This document shows, in pieces, positions 51,601-64,000 of a DNA stretch of 64,000 nucleotides. Under the pieces are notes generated by a model. The model was not told where the DNA came from, ran no database searches, and was given only the letters and a program-made list of their open reading frames with translations. The stretch lies in NCBI RefSeq assembly GCF_964213995.1, contig NC_135804.1, positions 33,666,001 through 33,730,000 on the forward strand, in the 5' to 3' direction. Each line of letters starts with the position of its first letter. Within the stretch, counting starts at the first letter, position 1. Source of the DNA: Mustelus asterias. Lineage: Eukaryota. Position numbers and translations under genes: made by a program.

Positions 51601-52046
51601 ACATGTGTTAAATCACAAATCGTGTAATTACCTCCTTTTCGTATGGTTTCGATGTCTGTATTTCTGTAACTTCATCCAAGTCTTGCAAACACTACGATCA
51701 GAAGAGACTGATTACCACATTTAGAGATTTGGGAAACTTGCTAATGCAAATGACACATTTGATGGGCGGGACACACTTACAATGGCAACATTGGCCTTTC
51801 GCTTTCTGGGACGCAGCACAATCTCCTTGGTTTCTTCGGTCTTGGTCGACGGGTTTATTATTTCACTAGAAGAAAACTAAACAGCTTAAAGAAATACACA
51901 TGGGTTCATAATGGCGAAATACTTTTTTCGGATTAGGCCTCGAAAAAAAGGGGGGGGGGCGGGGGAGAAAAGAGGCGAAAGAGAAATAGCCGCCAGGATA
52001 ACTTTGAGGACAACTCAAAGTTAAAAACCTACCTTTTCCTGGGCAT
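42697..52046 (-). CDS. CCNE1: Cyclin E1, complete, 414 aa. Coding exons 52046-52033, 51865-51781, 51691-51632, 50059-49896, 49767-49632, 47709-47563, 47483-47388, 47164-47030, 43891-43780, 43705-43548, 42834-42697
   Basis: All introns are GT-AG and phases are consistent (1245 nt including stop). Translation contains the RKRKANV NLS, the cyclin box [51 protein letters not shown], and the C-terminal LTPPQS phosphodegron. Adjacency to URI1 favours E1 over E2. Confidence 0.96.
45660..46480 (-). mobile_element. Decayed CR1 LINE in a CCNE1 intron
   Basis: Reverse CR1 3' end (taggcccttcaagcctgctctgccattc) followed by RT-like decay. Confidence 0.7.
48545..49517 (+). mobile_element. Young 5'-truncated CR1 LINE with an uninterrupted 293-aa RT ORF, antisense in a CCNE1 intron
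   Basis: ORF 48554-49435 ([11 protein letters not shown]...KFADDTK...[15 protein letters not shown]) and (TTCTATG)n tail; same subfamily as 29048-30693. Confidence 0.92.
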
Positions 52047-52089
52047 CTTCGGAGTGGGTTAAAAAGTTCCTGTGATTCGGAAGGGACAG

Positions 52090-53100
52090 GGTGCAGTTAC
52101 TGTGCTTTCCTAGGGCTGCTGATCACAGGAGCTGCCCTCAGCTTTGGGCGCGGGATGGGGGAGGCTGCTCTGGGCCACTCTCACATCACTGCTGGAGGGG
52201 ACAACACTGGGTCCCAGGCCGGCCGCTCTCTCTGTCGGTGCACAGCCGAAGATGGCCGAAGCCGGGAGCCGCGCTGCCGCCCTCAGCGTCCGTCCACCCG
52301 CTGCCGGCTCTTCAACCGGGAGAGTAGGCACGGCACACACTCAGCTGGTGCTGAGCACCCGGTATCTATATCTCTCTCCCTGTCCGCTTCTATGGTGTCT
52401 GTCTGTCACTTTGGCTCTGTGGCCCCTGCTAGTACCCGCTCAGCCGCCACTCCTCACGGAGCCGGCTCCCGCTCTCAGCCGGTGCCGACTCCTACACAGA
52501 GCTGGGCAGCCGCGCCTCACTGCGCTTGCGCTGTTCCCTTTAAATCGCTGGCGGGAGTCGAGCGCGCGTTCTCGGCTTGCAGGAAGTGATCCAGTGATCC
52601 CCGCCCCCTTCCGACTGACCCCGCCCTCATCCCACCGGAGACCGCCCCCTACAGCCAGACCCCGCCTCTCGCTATGCCCCGCCCCCTCTCGCCAACCCAC
52701 GCTCCGCTCTAAGCCTCATGCAATCACCACCAGCCTTTGCCCCACTACAAACCCCGCCCCGTCCCTTCAGGGCCCCGCCCCTTCCGCCAGTCCCCGCCCC
52801 TCTCCACTGGCTACGCCCCACACTCTGAACCTGGGTCGCACTCGCCAGACGCAGGCCCCGCGCCCCTACCATTAGGCCCCGCCCATTCCTCACACAGCTC
52901 CTTCCCGTCAGACCCCGCCCTCTCCTGCCACGCCGCACCCACCCCACTCCAAGCTCCGCCCCTCTTGCAGGCCCCGCCTCCCTAACGTGCTGTGGGCGGA
53001 GTCGGCCACCGAGCGTGCGGCCCAATGTAAACAAGGCCTCGGCCCCGCTGCTACCTGAGCGGATTGTCCGCTCGAACCGCACGCGGCCGCCATGAGACTG
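52090..53100. promoter_or_regulatory. Bidirectional CpG-island promoter shared by CCNE1 (-) and the BtpA-like gene (+)
   Basis: The two start codons diverge about 1.05 kb apart. Dense run of CCCCGCCC GC boxes at 52600-52980; E2F-like TCCCGCC next to TTTAAA at about 52539-52556 on the CCNE1 strand. Confidence 0.8.
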
Positions 53101-56100
53101 CAGCAGGTGTGGGGCCGGCTTCGCTGTGTTGTGCTGGGGATGGTGCACCTGAGGTCGCTGCCAGGTGAGACCGACCCCGATCCGGAGCAAGCGCCGAGCG
53201 GGCGGGCGGCTGGCCCTCTTCAATGCCACTCTCACTCTGTGCCTTCTCTCATTCAGGGGCTCCTCTGCACGGCTTGTCGGTGTCTCAGATAAGCAAGAAG
53301 GCCTGTGAGGAAGCGGAGGTGTACATCAATGCCGGGGTCGTATGTATCTCCACACTTTCGATGGTAGCCATGATGTGGAGATGCCGGCGTTGGACTGGGG
53401 TGAACACAGTAAGAGTTTTAACAACAACAGGTTAAAGTCCAACAGGTTTATTTGGTAGCAAATACCATTAGCTCCCTCCACTCACATTGTCTGTATCTTT
53501 AAGACCTGGTAGGCTGTTGATATTCGCATTCTAATCAGTATTCTGTAACTTGATTTTGTGTCTCTGTGCCCTGTTTGAGAGCAGATTTCCACTCCATCTG
53601 ACGAAGGAGCAGCGCTCCGAAAGCTAATGGTATTTGCTACCAAATAAACCTGTTGGACTTTAACCTGGTGTTGTTAAAACTCTTACTCTCTTCGCACTTT
53701 CACCAGGGGCTGATGCAGTGTTTGAACATATCAAATAGGAGGAGCACCCTCGAGCCCGCTCCGCCATTGAATTTGGGCACAGTAAGCAGTCTCGCAACAC
53801 AGGTTTATTTGGTTGCAGGAGTTTTTGGAGCACTGCACTCACCTGATGAAGGGGCAGTGCTCCGAAAGCTTGTGCTACCAAATAAACCTGTTGGACTTCA
53901 ACCTTGTGTTGTGAGACTTCTTACTGTGCCTACCCCAGTCCAACGTTGGCATCTCCACATTATGGTCGTTGAATTTGGTCATGGCTGACCTATGACCTCA
54001 CTTCCACTTTCCTGCCACACCCCATCCTCCACGTCATTTCCAACTCCCGTGTTACACTATGCATCTCTCTCGGCCTTAAACATTCAGTGCCTCTGCTGTT
54101 CTCCAGGCAAGAGAGTTGCATAGACTCACCACCCTCCAAAAAAAATCATAAAATCCCCACAGTGCAGAAGAGGCGATTCGGCCCATTGAATCTGTGCTGA
54201 CTCTCTGAATCTTACCCAGACCCTCTCCCCACCATGTCCCTGTAACCCCACACACTTACAATCGCCAATCCCCCTAACCTACACATCTTGTGACACTAAC
54301 GGGCAATTTAATGTGGCCTGCACAATTTGTAGTGTGGGAGGAAACCCACAGAGACACAGGGAGATGTGCAAACTCAGCACAGTCATCCAAGGCTGGAATT
54401 GAATCTGGGTCCCTGTGCTATGTGGCAGCAACACTAACCACTATGCTACCGTGCCACCCTCTATAATTTCTTTTCACCTCTTTCTTAAATGGGAGACCCT
54501 TATTTTTAAAACGTGCCTCCTAGTTCTTGATTCCTGCACAAGGGGAAACATCCTTTCAGGATTAACCCTAAGTCCTCTCAGTATCGTAAGTGTTTCACCA
54601 AGATCACCCCTCATTCTTGTAAATTCCAGTGGATACAGTTCCAACTTATCAAACCTTCCCTCAAAAGATAACTCATCCCTGGAATCAGTTGAATTTGTTA
54701 TCGATTTTACTTTTTTCATTGCATTATATCAACACATGAAAACACATTGGAGGAGGAAAGAATCCTTCCCCACAATAGATGTTAAATTATTAAACAATAG
54801 ATTGCTAATAAAACTATTTCGCCATGTTGCAAATACTTCACATTTTTGTTTCCCATCCATGTCCTCTTTGACTATTGTTCACTCTTTAATAGACTTTATA
54901 GTTGGAATTAAGGAACAAGAAAATACTTAAAACTATGATAAGAGTAACAGTAAAGTGGCATTAGGAAGTGTAGTGGGGATTTTCTTTTGGAAAGGTGGCC
55001 GATTTCTAAAAAGTCCAAGTCATAATGTTGGGTGGCACAGTGGTTAGCACTGCTGCCTCACTGCGCCAGGGATCCGGGTTCGATTTCTGGCTTGGGTCAT
55101 TCTCTGTGCGGAGTCTGCACATTCTCCATGTGTCTGCATGGGTTTCCTCCACATGCTCCGGTTTCCTCCCGAAAGATTAATTAGGTGCATTGGCCATGCC
55201 AAATTCTCTGTCGGTGTACCCGAACAGGTGTCAGAGTGTGGCGACTAAGGGATTTTCACAGTAACTTCATTGCAATCTTAATGTAAGCCATTGTGACACC
55301 AATAAATAAACTTTAAACAGCTTTGAAAGTATATATTGGAAGGAGTGCAGTGCAGTGCAGTTTCACCAGAATTTTAGCAGGGATTCAAGGGTAAAATTGA
55401 GTGGAGATTACATAAATTAGGTTTGTATTCCCTGGATTATAGATAAGTAATTCGAATGTGTTTTTTTAGGATTTTGAAAGGAATTGATAGGGTAGATAAA
55501 AACTTCTTCCACTACTGAGTCAAGTGATCGTAATGTTAAAATGAGAGCCTGCGCATTCAGGAGAGAAGTTAGGAAACATGGCCAGAATTTTCCAGCCCCT
55601 CCTACCAGTGAGATTTTCCAGTCACACAGATCTCAATGAATATTTGAACAGTTGCTGCTTCTGCTGCCAGGCATGCCTTAATGCAAAACGTGGAAGAAAT
55701 GTGTAATTTTTCCACAAAAAGCAGTAGGTGCTAGCTCATAAATCTAAGGTGTTTTTCGCCAAGAGTGTTAAGTGAGTGGATGAAGTTAAGACACGGATTA
55801 GCCAGGATCTCGCTAAACAATAAAACAGGCTAGAGGGGCTGAATGGCCAACTCCTGTCACAATATTTTTTAGGCTCATATTATGAATAGGTGCAGCTCTA
55901 TTGCATACTTAACATCGGTGTAAACCACTTCACGGTGACCCCAGTTTGCACCTTAAACAGCACAACTGATGTATCAATTGGGTAAGATGTTAAACCCCCT
56001 TTACAAAGTGTTTAGGGTTTTACCAGTCCGGACAGCAGATCTTGCACTGTAAACACTCCTGAAAGCTGCTTGCTCTGCTTTTCCTGTGCTGAGTGGTGCA

Positions 56101-58618
56101 TGTATTTCTAGATGAGATTGGGGGCAAACGCAACAATTTCATTTATCTTAGCACCTTTAACCTGGAGAAACATTACGAGGTGCTTCACAAAGGCATAATC
56201 AGACCAAAGCAAACTTCAAGCCAAAGAAGGAGATATTAGATGGGGTGACTAAAAACAGGTAATTGAAGTGGATTTTAAGGCATTCTGGGACATGCATTAT
56301 CTTTACAGCGATATGAATATTTATTTGACTTCTGAAAATTGAAATTGGCTTGCAATTTCAAAATCTGCTACTCAACGATCTGATGACTGAGTTGAAGACT
56401 GAAACGGAATAGACAGTCTCATAAATGCAAATCTTTATATTTCAATTTAACTTTTCAGACTAGACAATAGGACAAAGATATTGTAAAAGTGAACAGATAA
56501 AGGAATTAGAAATTATTTGAGCAATAACTGTAATGAAATTCTTCAGGAGTATTCCCACTGGTTTAAATCAAACTGGCTCAGATTAATTAATATTTCAAAA
56601 AATTGATAATTTCATTTTGAAAAGTACTTCGACTTTGAAAGAACTTTCACTGAATGAGTACAAATTATGACACTAGTTGATATGAAGTCAAGATCATTAC
56701 AGTAAGATGAAGTGTATTAATTCACCTAATCCTTCTGGATTTATTTGACTCTCCAAAGGATGGACTGATTGTGGAAAATATGCATGATATTCCTTACAGC
56801 ATGACTGTTGGTCCAGAAGTGACTGCTACTATGGCGACTATTTGTGCTGCTGTGAGATATTCCTACCCCAACATTCCTCTGGGTGTGCAGATCCTTTCTG
56901 CAGCCAATCAACAAGCATTGGCTGTTGCACTTGCTGCAGGTCTGTATGTCAGCAAAATATTGCCATGCGTTCGTAATTCGAATATCAGAACAGAATGCTT
57001 GCATTCAGAACTTGATGCATAATCAGAAGAGGCAGTAAAAATCTTCAGTAAAAGCAAAATACCGCAAATGCTGTAGATCTGAAATGAAAACAAAATGTGC
57101 TGGAAAAACTCAGCAAATCTGTGGAGAGAGAAACAGAGTTAACACTGAATCCAATATGACTTCTATGGAACAGTGATAATCTTCAATTTTTCTTCTACTT
57201 TCGCAATAATTAACTATGGTACTTTGATATACTTGTGAATCCTGAAATTCTGTTTATGATAAACAACATTTCAACTGATTAATACTCAACTTCTAGGTGT
57301 ATTGTACCCAGGTGGTTGAGATTTAACTAATCTTCAAGTTAGAGGTTGAGAGATCAGTATAGGGATGAGTAGTTCTATTTTTCTCAAGTTTAACATTTTT
57401 TATAGCTGTGTTCATCCCTGGCTGGGATCCAAGCGAGTCACTGTGTTTCACAAATCTGATAAAGCAATCTAGATTGGAACTATTTTTTGGATATAAACGT
57501 CATGAAATCCTCCTCTTGAGATTCCAGCTAAATCTTAGGAAAAAGTTGATGAGAACCAGCCCCAAAATAATATAAGCAAAATTACTTGATGATTGGGGGA
57601 AATTTGCAGTCTGTTCCTAGCCAACAAATAAATGATTATGTCCCATTCTATTAGGAAAGAAGCTATAAACAAGCACTTCCACAACCAACACAAGCCAGAT
57701 CTAACCTAAATATGTCAGAAGAAAATGTAATTAAAATAAAATGTGAAAGGTAATATTGTTGCACATATCAAGATCAGATATTGAGACCTATACTTTGAAG
57801 CTACTACTGGTGTAATCATAGAATCCTTACAGTGCAGAAGGAGGCCATTTGGACCATCAAGTCTGCACCGACTCTCCAACAGAGCATTTCACCCAGGCCC
57901 CATCCCCATGACCCCACGTATTTACCCCACTAATCCCCCTAGTCTACCCATCCTGGGACACAAAAGGGCAATTTAGGCAATCTAAACAGTACATCTTTAG
58001 ATTATGGGAGGAAACTGGAGCACCCGGAGGAAATCCAGACGGGGGAGAACATGCAACCTCCACACAGACAGTCGCCCAAGGCCGGAATTGAACCCAGGTC
58101 CTTGGCACTGTGAGGCAGCAGTGCTAACCTAGGTGCCATCATGCTGTAAAGTGTATCAATATCTTGTAAACACAGTTGCATTCTGTAATCTAGCCATAAA
58201 GCTACTCCTCTGTTCTCCAGCCACCACAGATTTCTCTGACATACGAGTAATCTGGCTTTAAAAGAACATAAGGTCAAAACGAGAACGCCAGCCAGCCCAT
58301 CTAGCGCCATGCATCATTAAATGGGCAAAAACGTGATATCAGTAAACATGTGAATGAAGATGATTGCTGTATCCAAGTTTCCTTTCCTAATATTTTATTG
58401 ATGGTTTAGAATATGTCAATACTCACAGTAAACTTTGTGATTTCAATGCCATATTGTTTTTTCTCAGATGCTGATTTTATTCGAGCTGAAGGTTTCGTGT
58501 TCTCACAGATTTCAGATGAAGGTTTTCTAGATGCATGTGCTGGTGACCTTCTGAGATACCGCAAGCAAATAGGAGCTGAGCACATTCAAATCTTTACTGA
58601 CATTAAGAAAAAGCACAG
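53092..58618 (+). CDS. BtpA/SgcQ-family TIM-barrel protein (F13E9.13-like), exons 53092-53164, 53257-53339, 56759-56939, 58468-58618; 3' exons not confidently seen in the window
   Basis: In-frame GT-AG splicing gives MRLQQVWGRLRCVVLGMVHLRSLPG|APLHG...EAEVYINAGV|DGLIVENMHDIPY...PLGVQILSAANQQALAVALAA|DADFIRAEGFVFSQISDEGFLDACAGDLLRYRKQIGAEHIQIFTDIKKKHS. GMVHL..LPG, DG..VEN..D.PY and DIKKKH are hallmark BtpA motifs. Confidence 0.9.
53594..53630 (+). ncRNA. Minimal type I hammerhead ribozyme motif (copy 1)
   Basis: ccat-CTGACGA-a-ggagc-agc-gctcc-GAA-AGCT-A-atgg: stem I ccat/atgg, stem II ggagc/gctcc, palindromic AGCT in place of stem III. Confidence 0.65.
53840..53874 (+). ncRNA. Minimal type I hammerhead ribozyme motif (copy 2)
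   Basis: cac-CTGATGA-a-ggggc-agt-gctcc-GAA-AGCT-T-gtg: stem I cac/gtg, stem II with one G-U pair. Confidence 0.55.
54145..54460 (-). mobile_element. tRNA SINE inserted in a minus-strand CR1 tail (about 53965-54690)
   Basis: Reverse HE1-like SINE; minus ORF LELYPLEFTRMRGDLGET is CR1-like. Confidence 0.75.
55030..55315 (+). mobile_element. tRNA SINE, second subtype
   Basis: gggtggcacagtggttagcactgctgcctcac head and aataaataaac tail. Confidence 0.85.
57815..58135 (-). mobile_element. tRNA SINE
   Basis: Reverse HE1-like SINE. Confidence 0.8.
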
Positions 58619-58679
58619 GTATTGCAGAAAACACTAACTGTTAAAGCCCATGGTTAACCTGTTGATATCAAACATACAG

Positions 58680-60790
58680 CACGCTATAAGGCACGTGGGA
58701 TACTTTCCTCTTTGAACCGAGGCAAGAGCAGGGAGGTTATGCTAGAACCATATAAAATACTAATTAGGCCACACCTGGATTACTGTAATTGATGGAGTAG
58801 AGGAGAATTGTTTCATCCAGAGACTGATGGAGGTTGGAAGGGTAGAAAAAGCAGAAATTCTCATCACTTTTTTAAAAAAAATACTTGGTTGCGCACTTGA
58901 AGAAGAGCTTGAAATTGGGATTAGGCTAGTTAGGTCTTTTTCGGCTGGCAGAGTCATGATGGGCTGAGTAGCCACCTCTGTGCTTTATATATGATTTCAA
59001 GAAGAAATTCGATATAGCTCTTGGAGCTAAAGGGATCAAAGGATATGGGGAGAAGGGGGGAAATCAGGATATTGAATTTGACAATCAGCCATGATCAAAA
59101 TGAATGGCGGAGCGGGCTCGAAGGACCGATTGGCCTACTCCTGCTTCTAGTTTCTATGTTTATATTCTATTTGATGGATCCATTTGCATCTGATGTAAAA
59201 TGGATTGAATCTCCTGATATTAGTAATATTTTCTTTATGTCTCAAATAATTGCGACTACATTCTCAAAATCCAATTTTGATTTGTTATGTTAATATTTGA
59301 GCTTTGCTAGCCATGAAGAGAAGGTATTATTAGAAAGGCTGCTGAGCTTACAGTTAATAAGTCACCAGGACCATACAAAATGCATCTGAGGATGCTGAGA
59401 GGAGTAAAGGAGGAAATTGCGCAGGTACTGGTTATAATCTTCCAGTCCCTTCTTGAATGTGGATCTATACTGCAAGACTGAAGAATTCACCCATGTTCCA
59501 ATAGGGAAAGGCTAAACCGTACAACTGCAGGCCTATCAGTTTAAGCTAGTTGGGGGGAAAACATTTAGGGACAATAATCTGGGACAAAATTAACAGTCAC
59601 TTAGACACATGTGAATTAATTAGAGAAAGCCAGCAGAAATTTGGCAAATCATGTTTAATTATTGATGAGGTCATCAAGCAGGGTGATGAGGGTATGCAAT
59701 TGATATGGTGTACAAGGACCTCCAAAAGGTGTTTCATAAAGTACTTTATAACAGGGTTGTCAGCAAAGTTGAAGCCTGTGGAATAAAAGGGACAATGGCA
59801 GCATGGATACAAAGCTGGCTCTGTGACAGGAAACAGAGAGCAGTGGTGAACAGTTAGTTTTCAGATTGGAAGAATGTGCAAAGTGGGATTTCCTGGGGCA
59901 TTACAGGGACCAATGTTTTTCTTTAGACTTTGGTGTCCAGGGGAACAGATTCAAAATTCACAGGTGGCACAAAACTTGGAAGCATTGTGAATCGATAGTG
60001 ATAGATGTCAAGAGGACATAGACAGATTGATGGAATGGGTAGACATATGGCAGACAAAATTCAACTTGTCCGGATTAAATTCCATCTGCCATTTTTTTGG
60101 TCCAAGTGTCCAGCCTGTCTATATCCTGCAGTATCCACTGGCAATCCTCCTTACTATCCGCAGCTCCCCAGTCTTTGTGTCATCCGCAGACTTACTAACC
60201 CGACCACCTACATTCTCCTCTAAATCATTTATATATAATGAACTTTTATAAAACTCTGGTTCAGTCTCAAATGGAGCAGCGTCCAATTCTGCACACACCA
60301 ATACGTGAAGGGATGAGGAACTTCAGTTACATGGGTGGAAACTGGGTTTGACTTCCTGATGAGAGGAGATTTGATAGAAATGTTCAAAGGGGATTTTCAT
60401 GGTCGCCTTATTGCGGTGTTAATGTAAGTCTACTTGTGACATTAATAGATAAACTTTAAATAAATTGAGTGGTAGAGATGCAGATGAAAAGAACCTCCTT
60501 GCTGGTGGAATAATCGGGAACCAACGCTCACTGATTTTAAGCTGATTGATAAGAGAACCAACCGCTACATAAGGAAGATCTATTTTACACAGTGAGTGGT
60601 TAGGATCTGGTTTGCACTGGCTGACAGTGGTGGAGGCAGATTCAAGCATTGCCTTCAATAAGGAATTGGATTAGCACCTATAGGAAAAATATTTGCAAAG
60701 ACTACAAGGCAGAAGTGTGGGATCAGCTGAATTGCACTTGCAGATAACTGGCATGAATGCAACAGTCCAAATGGCTAAAATCATTCTATG
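58680..60790 (+). mobile_element. Cluster of decayed CR1 fragments
   Basis: RT-like fragments (IIWDKINSHLDTCELIRESQ; minus-strand LYINDLEENVGGRVSKSADDTK) and CR1 3' UTRs. Confidence 0.7.
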
Positions 60791-61769
60791 ATTCCAATTT
60801 TATGTATTCATGCTTTAGTGCTGTAGTTTGAGTTAAGTGTTAAAGTAAATAAATTTTGAAGAAGGTGAAAAAAAGCAACGAAAATGGTATTAATGTATTA
60901 GAGATCCGATCTGTAATACATAAAAGACTGTATCTTCATACACTTTCTATCAACTTTACCATTATAAATTCCACTGTACCACCAGTGCAGGTGCCTTGAT
61001 GTTTCAAGCTTTGCTCAGTCCTAGGTCCTTAACATATACTAAAAAATTAAATACACTGTCAATTGTATTACTCAACAGTGGAAGAAACATGTGGTACTAT
61101 AGTTGTGTTTTAACCAAATTGAACAAATGACACTGCATTGTTAAAAATTGACAATTGTGAATCTTCTAGATTGTAGTCAGTTTGCAACTTGATCTATCTG
61201 TCTTCACTGATTAGGACGTCATATATTTCAATACTCTGAAATTAATGTAATTTTAAAATAATGCTGATCTGAAATCTATCTTGTGAAGTTAGATATTTAC
61301 CTGGTTGGAACCAGTCTGGATGTCCTACTTAACTTCCAACGAACATGCAGTTTCTTTGAGATTAATTAATATTGAATAAAGAGTAACAATTAAGGTTGTC
61401 TTTATACCTGATACAGCCACAGTCACATGAATTTGCAGTCATGCTCTTACATAGGACAAACATAGATTGAAAACTGATTTAAATATCAGCACTCAAATGT
61501 TAGATATTGGTTTATGGCATTCTACATATTCCAATCTTATCCTTATGTTACGCAACCCAAATATCATTGAATGAACTTCAATCCTTAAATTGGCTGATAT
61601 AGCACTTGCAATGGACTGAACTGTGCCCATTCTTGAGTCTACTAGATCATGCAACTCAGTAAAGGACTTTCTTTACCTCCTGGTTCAATTTCTATTTCTC
61701 CCAAAATTCCTTCAGTATCTCCATTTCAACTCCTGTCTTTCTCATTGCAACAAAATGGTCCAAACAAAA

Positions 61770-63810
61770 AATGCAAAGGACATGCTTGATGTGTCATTGT
61801 CAATTTTCCCTCTTGGTTTTCATTTACTTTTCCACAACATTTGAATCTATCGACCACAACATCCTTCTCCTTCAGTGTTCTTATATGGTTCCATTCTTAC
61901 CTGCAAGAATACAGCCAGTTTACTTCCAGCCATGGTTCTTCATCCCTCCCTCATACTGTCACCATCATGAATTCCCAAGGAGCTTTCATTCACCTTGTCA
62001 TTCTGATGCCTCTCACGGAAATCATCTGTGAGCGTAGTGTCAACTTCCATTTGTACACTGTTGATACCCAACGCTACCTCTGTACCAGCTCCCTGGTCTC
62101 CTTGACTGCTTCCGAATTGTCAGATTATTGATCCAACATCCAAATCCTGACTGAATCACAACTCCCTCCAGCTCAAGGTGAAAACTCTGGATGCCCACCA
62201 CAAACTCCACTTTCTTGCTACCAATTCCATCTCCCACTTTCAGGCTATTCATACAAATTAAACTAGTTATTCACACTTTTAGTTTTCTCTTTGACCCAAC
62301 ACCTACCTGTCACCAAGATCATTCACCTCCATCTTGACAACCGTTACTATTGTTTTATATATAATTCTTGATGTGGGTGTTGCTGCCATTGCTAATTACC
62401 TTGAGAGGGTGGTGGTACTTGAACCACTAAGTCCATGTCATGAGTGTATTTTTACAATGCTTTTAAGTAAGGAGCTCCACAAATCTGGTCCAGTGCCAAT
62501 GAAGAATTGATAGTAAATAACCAAGTCAAGACGATGTATAACTTGGGGGTGGAGAGTGATGTTTCAAGTTTGAGTGGTGCTATCGAAGAAGCCTTGCCCA
62601 CTTTCTGATCTTCTGAGTGACCCCCAGACTGCTGACATGAGATTCAATGATAGCAATGCCTTTAAATGATTAATCTCTATCTTGTTCGAAATGGCTAATG
62701 CTTGACACTTGTGTGGTGCAAAGGTTACATCTACTTATCGGGTTATGCCTAGTGCTGTCTGGATCTTGCTGCATATGGTGATGAACTGCTTCATTCTGAA
62801 GACTGTCTGAAGACTGGAATCACGAGCAAACAACCCCACCTCACCTTGGAAGGAAAGTTATTGAAGAAGCAGCTGAAGATTGTTTGGCTTAGGAGCGTGT
62901 CCTGAGGGACTTCTGCAACAATCCTGTGGTGGTGATTTTCTTCCGACAACCATCTTCCTTAGTGGCTGTATGACTCCAGTCACTAAACGGTCTTTCCCCT
63001 CCATCCTATCCCTTGTCCTTTTGTAGCTGAAACATAATGCCCTAGTGATCTCCCATCCTCCACCATCATAAATTTCAGCTGATCTAAGACCTAACTAAAT
63101 CCTAATCTATTCATCACACTCAACCTTGCTGACCTACTTTGTCTATCACTTCCTCCAATTTAAAATACTCATGCTCATGTTTGAATCATTTCATTGTCTC
63201 ATTCTTCTTCATCTGTAACATCCTCTAGCCCGACAGCACCCTAGTACACCTTTTGCACAATCAATCTCCATCCCACCATTGGCAGTACTACCTACCATCA
63301 TCTTGTCATTTTTGCCATCTAACTTCCATATTAAATGGCATAGTCGACTGTGCTCTTCCAGACTGAAGCAGTCATAGTTCATATGCAGCAAGACCTGGAC
63401 AAATCGGGCTCGGGCAAGTGGCAAGCCCTCCATCATCCAGGACAAAGCAGCCTGCTTGATTGACACCCCAGCTACCACCTTAAACATTCGCTCCCTTCAC
63501 CATGACACAGTGACAGCAGTAACACAAGCTCCTTCAACCGCACCTTCCAAACCCACAACAGCTACTACCTAAAAGGACAAGGACAGTACATACATGGGAA
63601 TAGCACCACCTGCAGGTTGCCCTTCCAGCCACATGCAATCCTGACTTGGAACTATATTACTGTTCCTTCACTGGGTCAATATCCAGAAACCCCTTCCCTA
63701 ACAGCACTGTGGCTGTACCTGCACTACATGGACTGCAATGGTTCAAGAACTTTCTCCAGGGCAATTGGGGATGGGCAGTAAATGCTGGCCTACCCAGTGG
63801 CACCCACATC
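61770..63810. mobile_element. Old L2/CR1-group LINE remnants in mixed orientation
   Basis: STTFESIDHNILL and VNFHLYTVDTQRY (decayed YADD region) near 61830-62080; LINE 3' end at about 63380-63810. Confidence 0.55.
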
Positions 63811-64000
63811 CTGTGAAATAATAAAAAGAACTTTACGATCGTAGCAACATGGATGGTCTAGTTAGTAGCAAGATGACAGTCCAGGTCCACCTGCTATTCA
63901 TGGGTATCTGTACCGAGCAAGGTGTTGACATGAGTGGTGTCAACACTATTCATGCTACTCACATGTTTGAAGGGAATACATTCTCTTCCCTGAGGATCTT

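Larger units (their letters stand above)
53369..53963. mobile_element. Penelope-like element terminal-repeat cluster with inverted repeats
   Basis: 66-bp inverted repeat 53408-53473/53622-53687 with 1 mismatch; 53369-53460 is also complementary to about 53874-53963; contains hammerhead motifs. Confidence 0.75.

Noticed and set aside
52144-53235. 243-aa, 187-aa and other ORFs across the CCNE1/BtpA promoter
   Set aside because: Low-complexity Pro/Arg/Gly translations of GC-box-rich promoter DNA with no recognisable domain.

Overview
Vertebrate genomic DNA, not prokaryotic. The repeat content (HE1-type tRNA SINEs, CR1 LINEs, DeuSINE, Penelope-type repeats) points to a shark or other cartilaginous fish. 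Three spliced genes could be reconstructed by hand from GT-AG boundaries and reading frame: the 5' part of URI1 (minus strand, coding exons 1-4, running off the left end), a complete cyclin E1 gene (CCNE1, minus strand, 11 coding exons, 414 aa), and the first four exons of a BtpA/SgcQ-family TIM-barrel gene (plus strand) head-to-head with CCNE1 across a CpG island. Most remaining sequence is retroelement debris. The most unusual structure is a ~0.7 kb inverted duplication of the URI1 promoter, first coding exon and splice donor about 11 kb upstream. Its core is near-identical and each copy has its own E-box/GC-box array, so it may be a second promoter or an invertible segment. Also notable: two tandem minimal hammerhead-ribozyme motifs in an intron, a triple-nested CR1 insertion that captured ~345 bp of neighbouring DNA, and an element carrying two U2 snRNA 5' fragments. 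Gene and repeat names come from recognising motifs from memory; no searches were run, and repeat boundaries are approximate.
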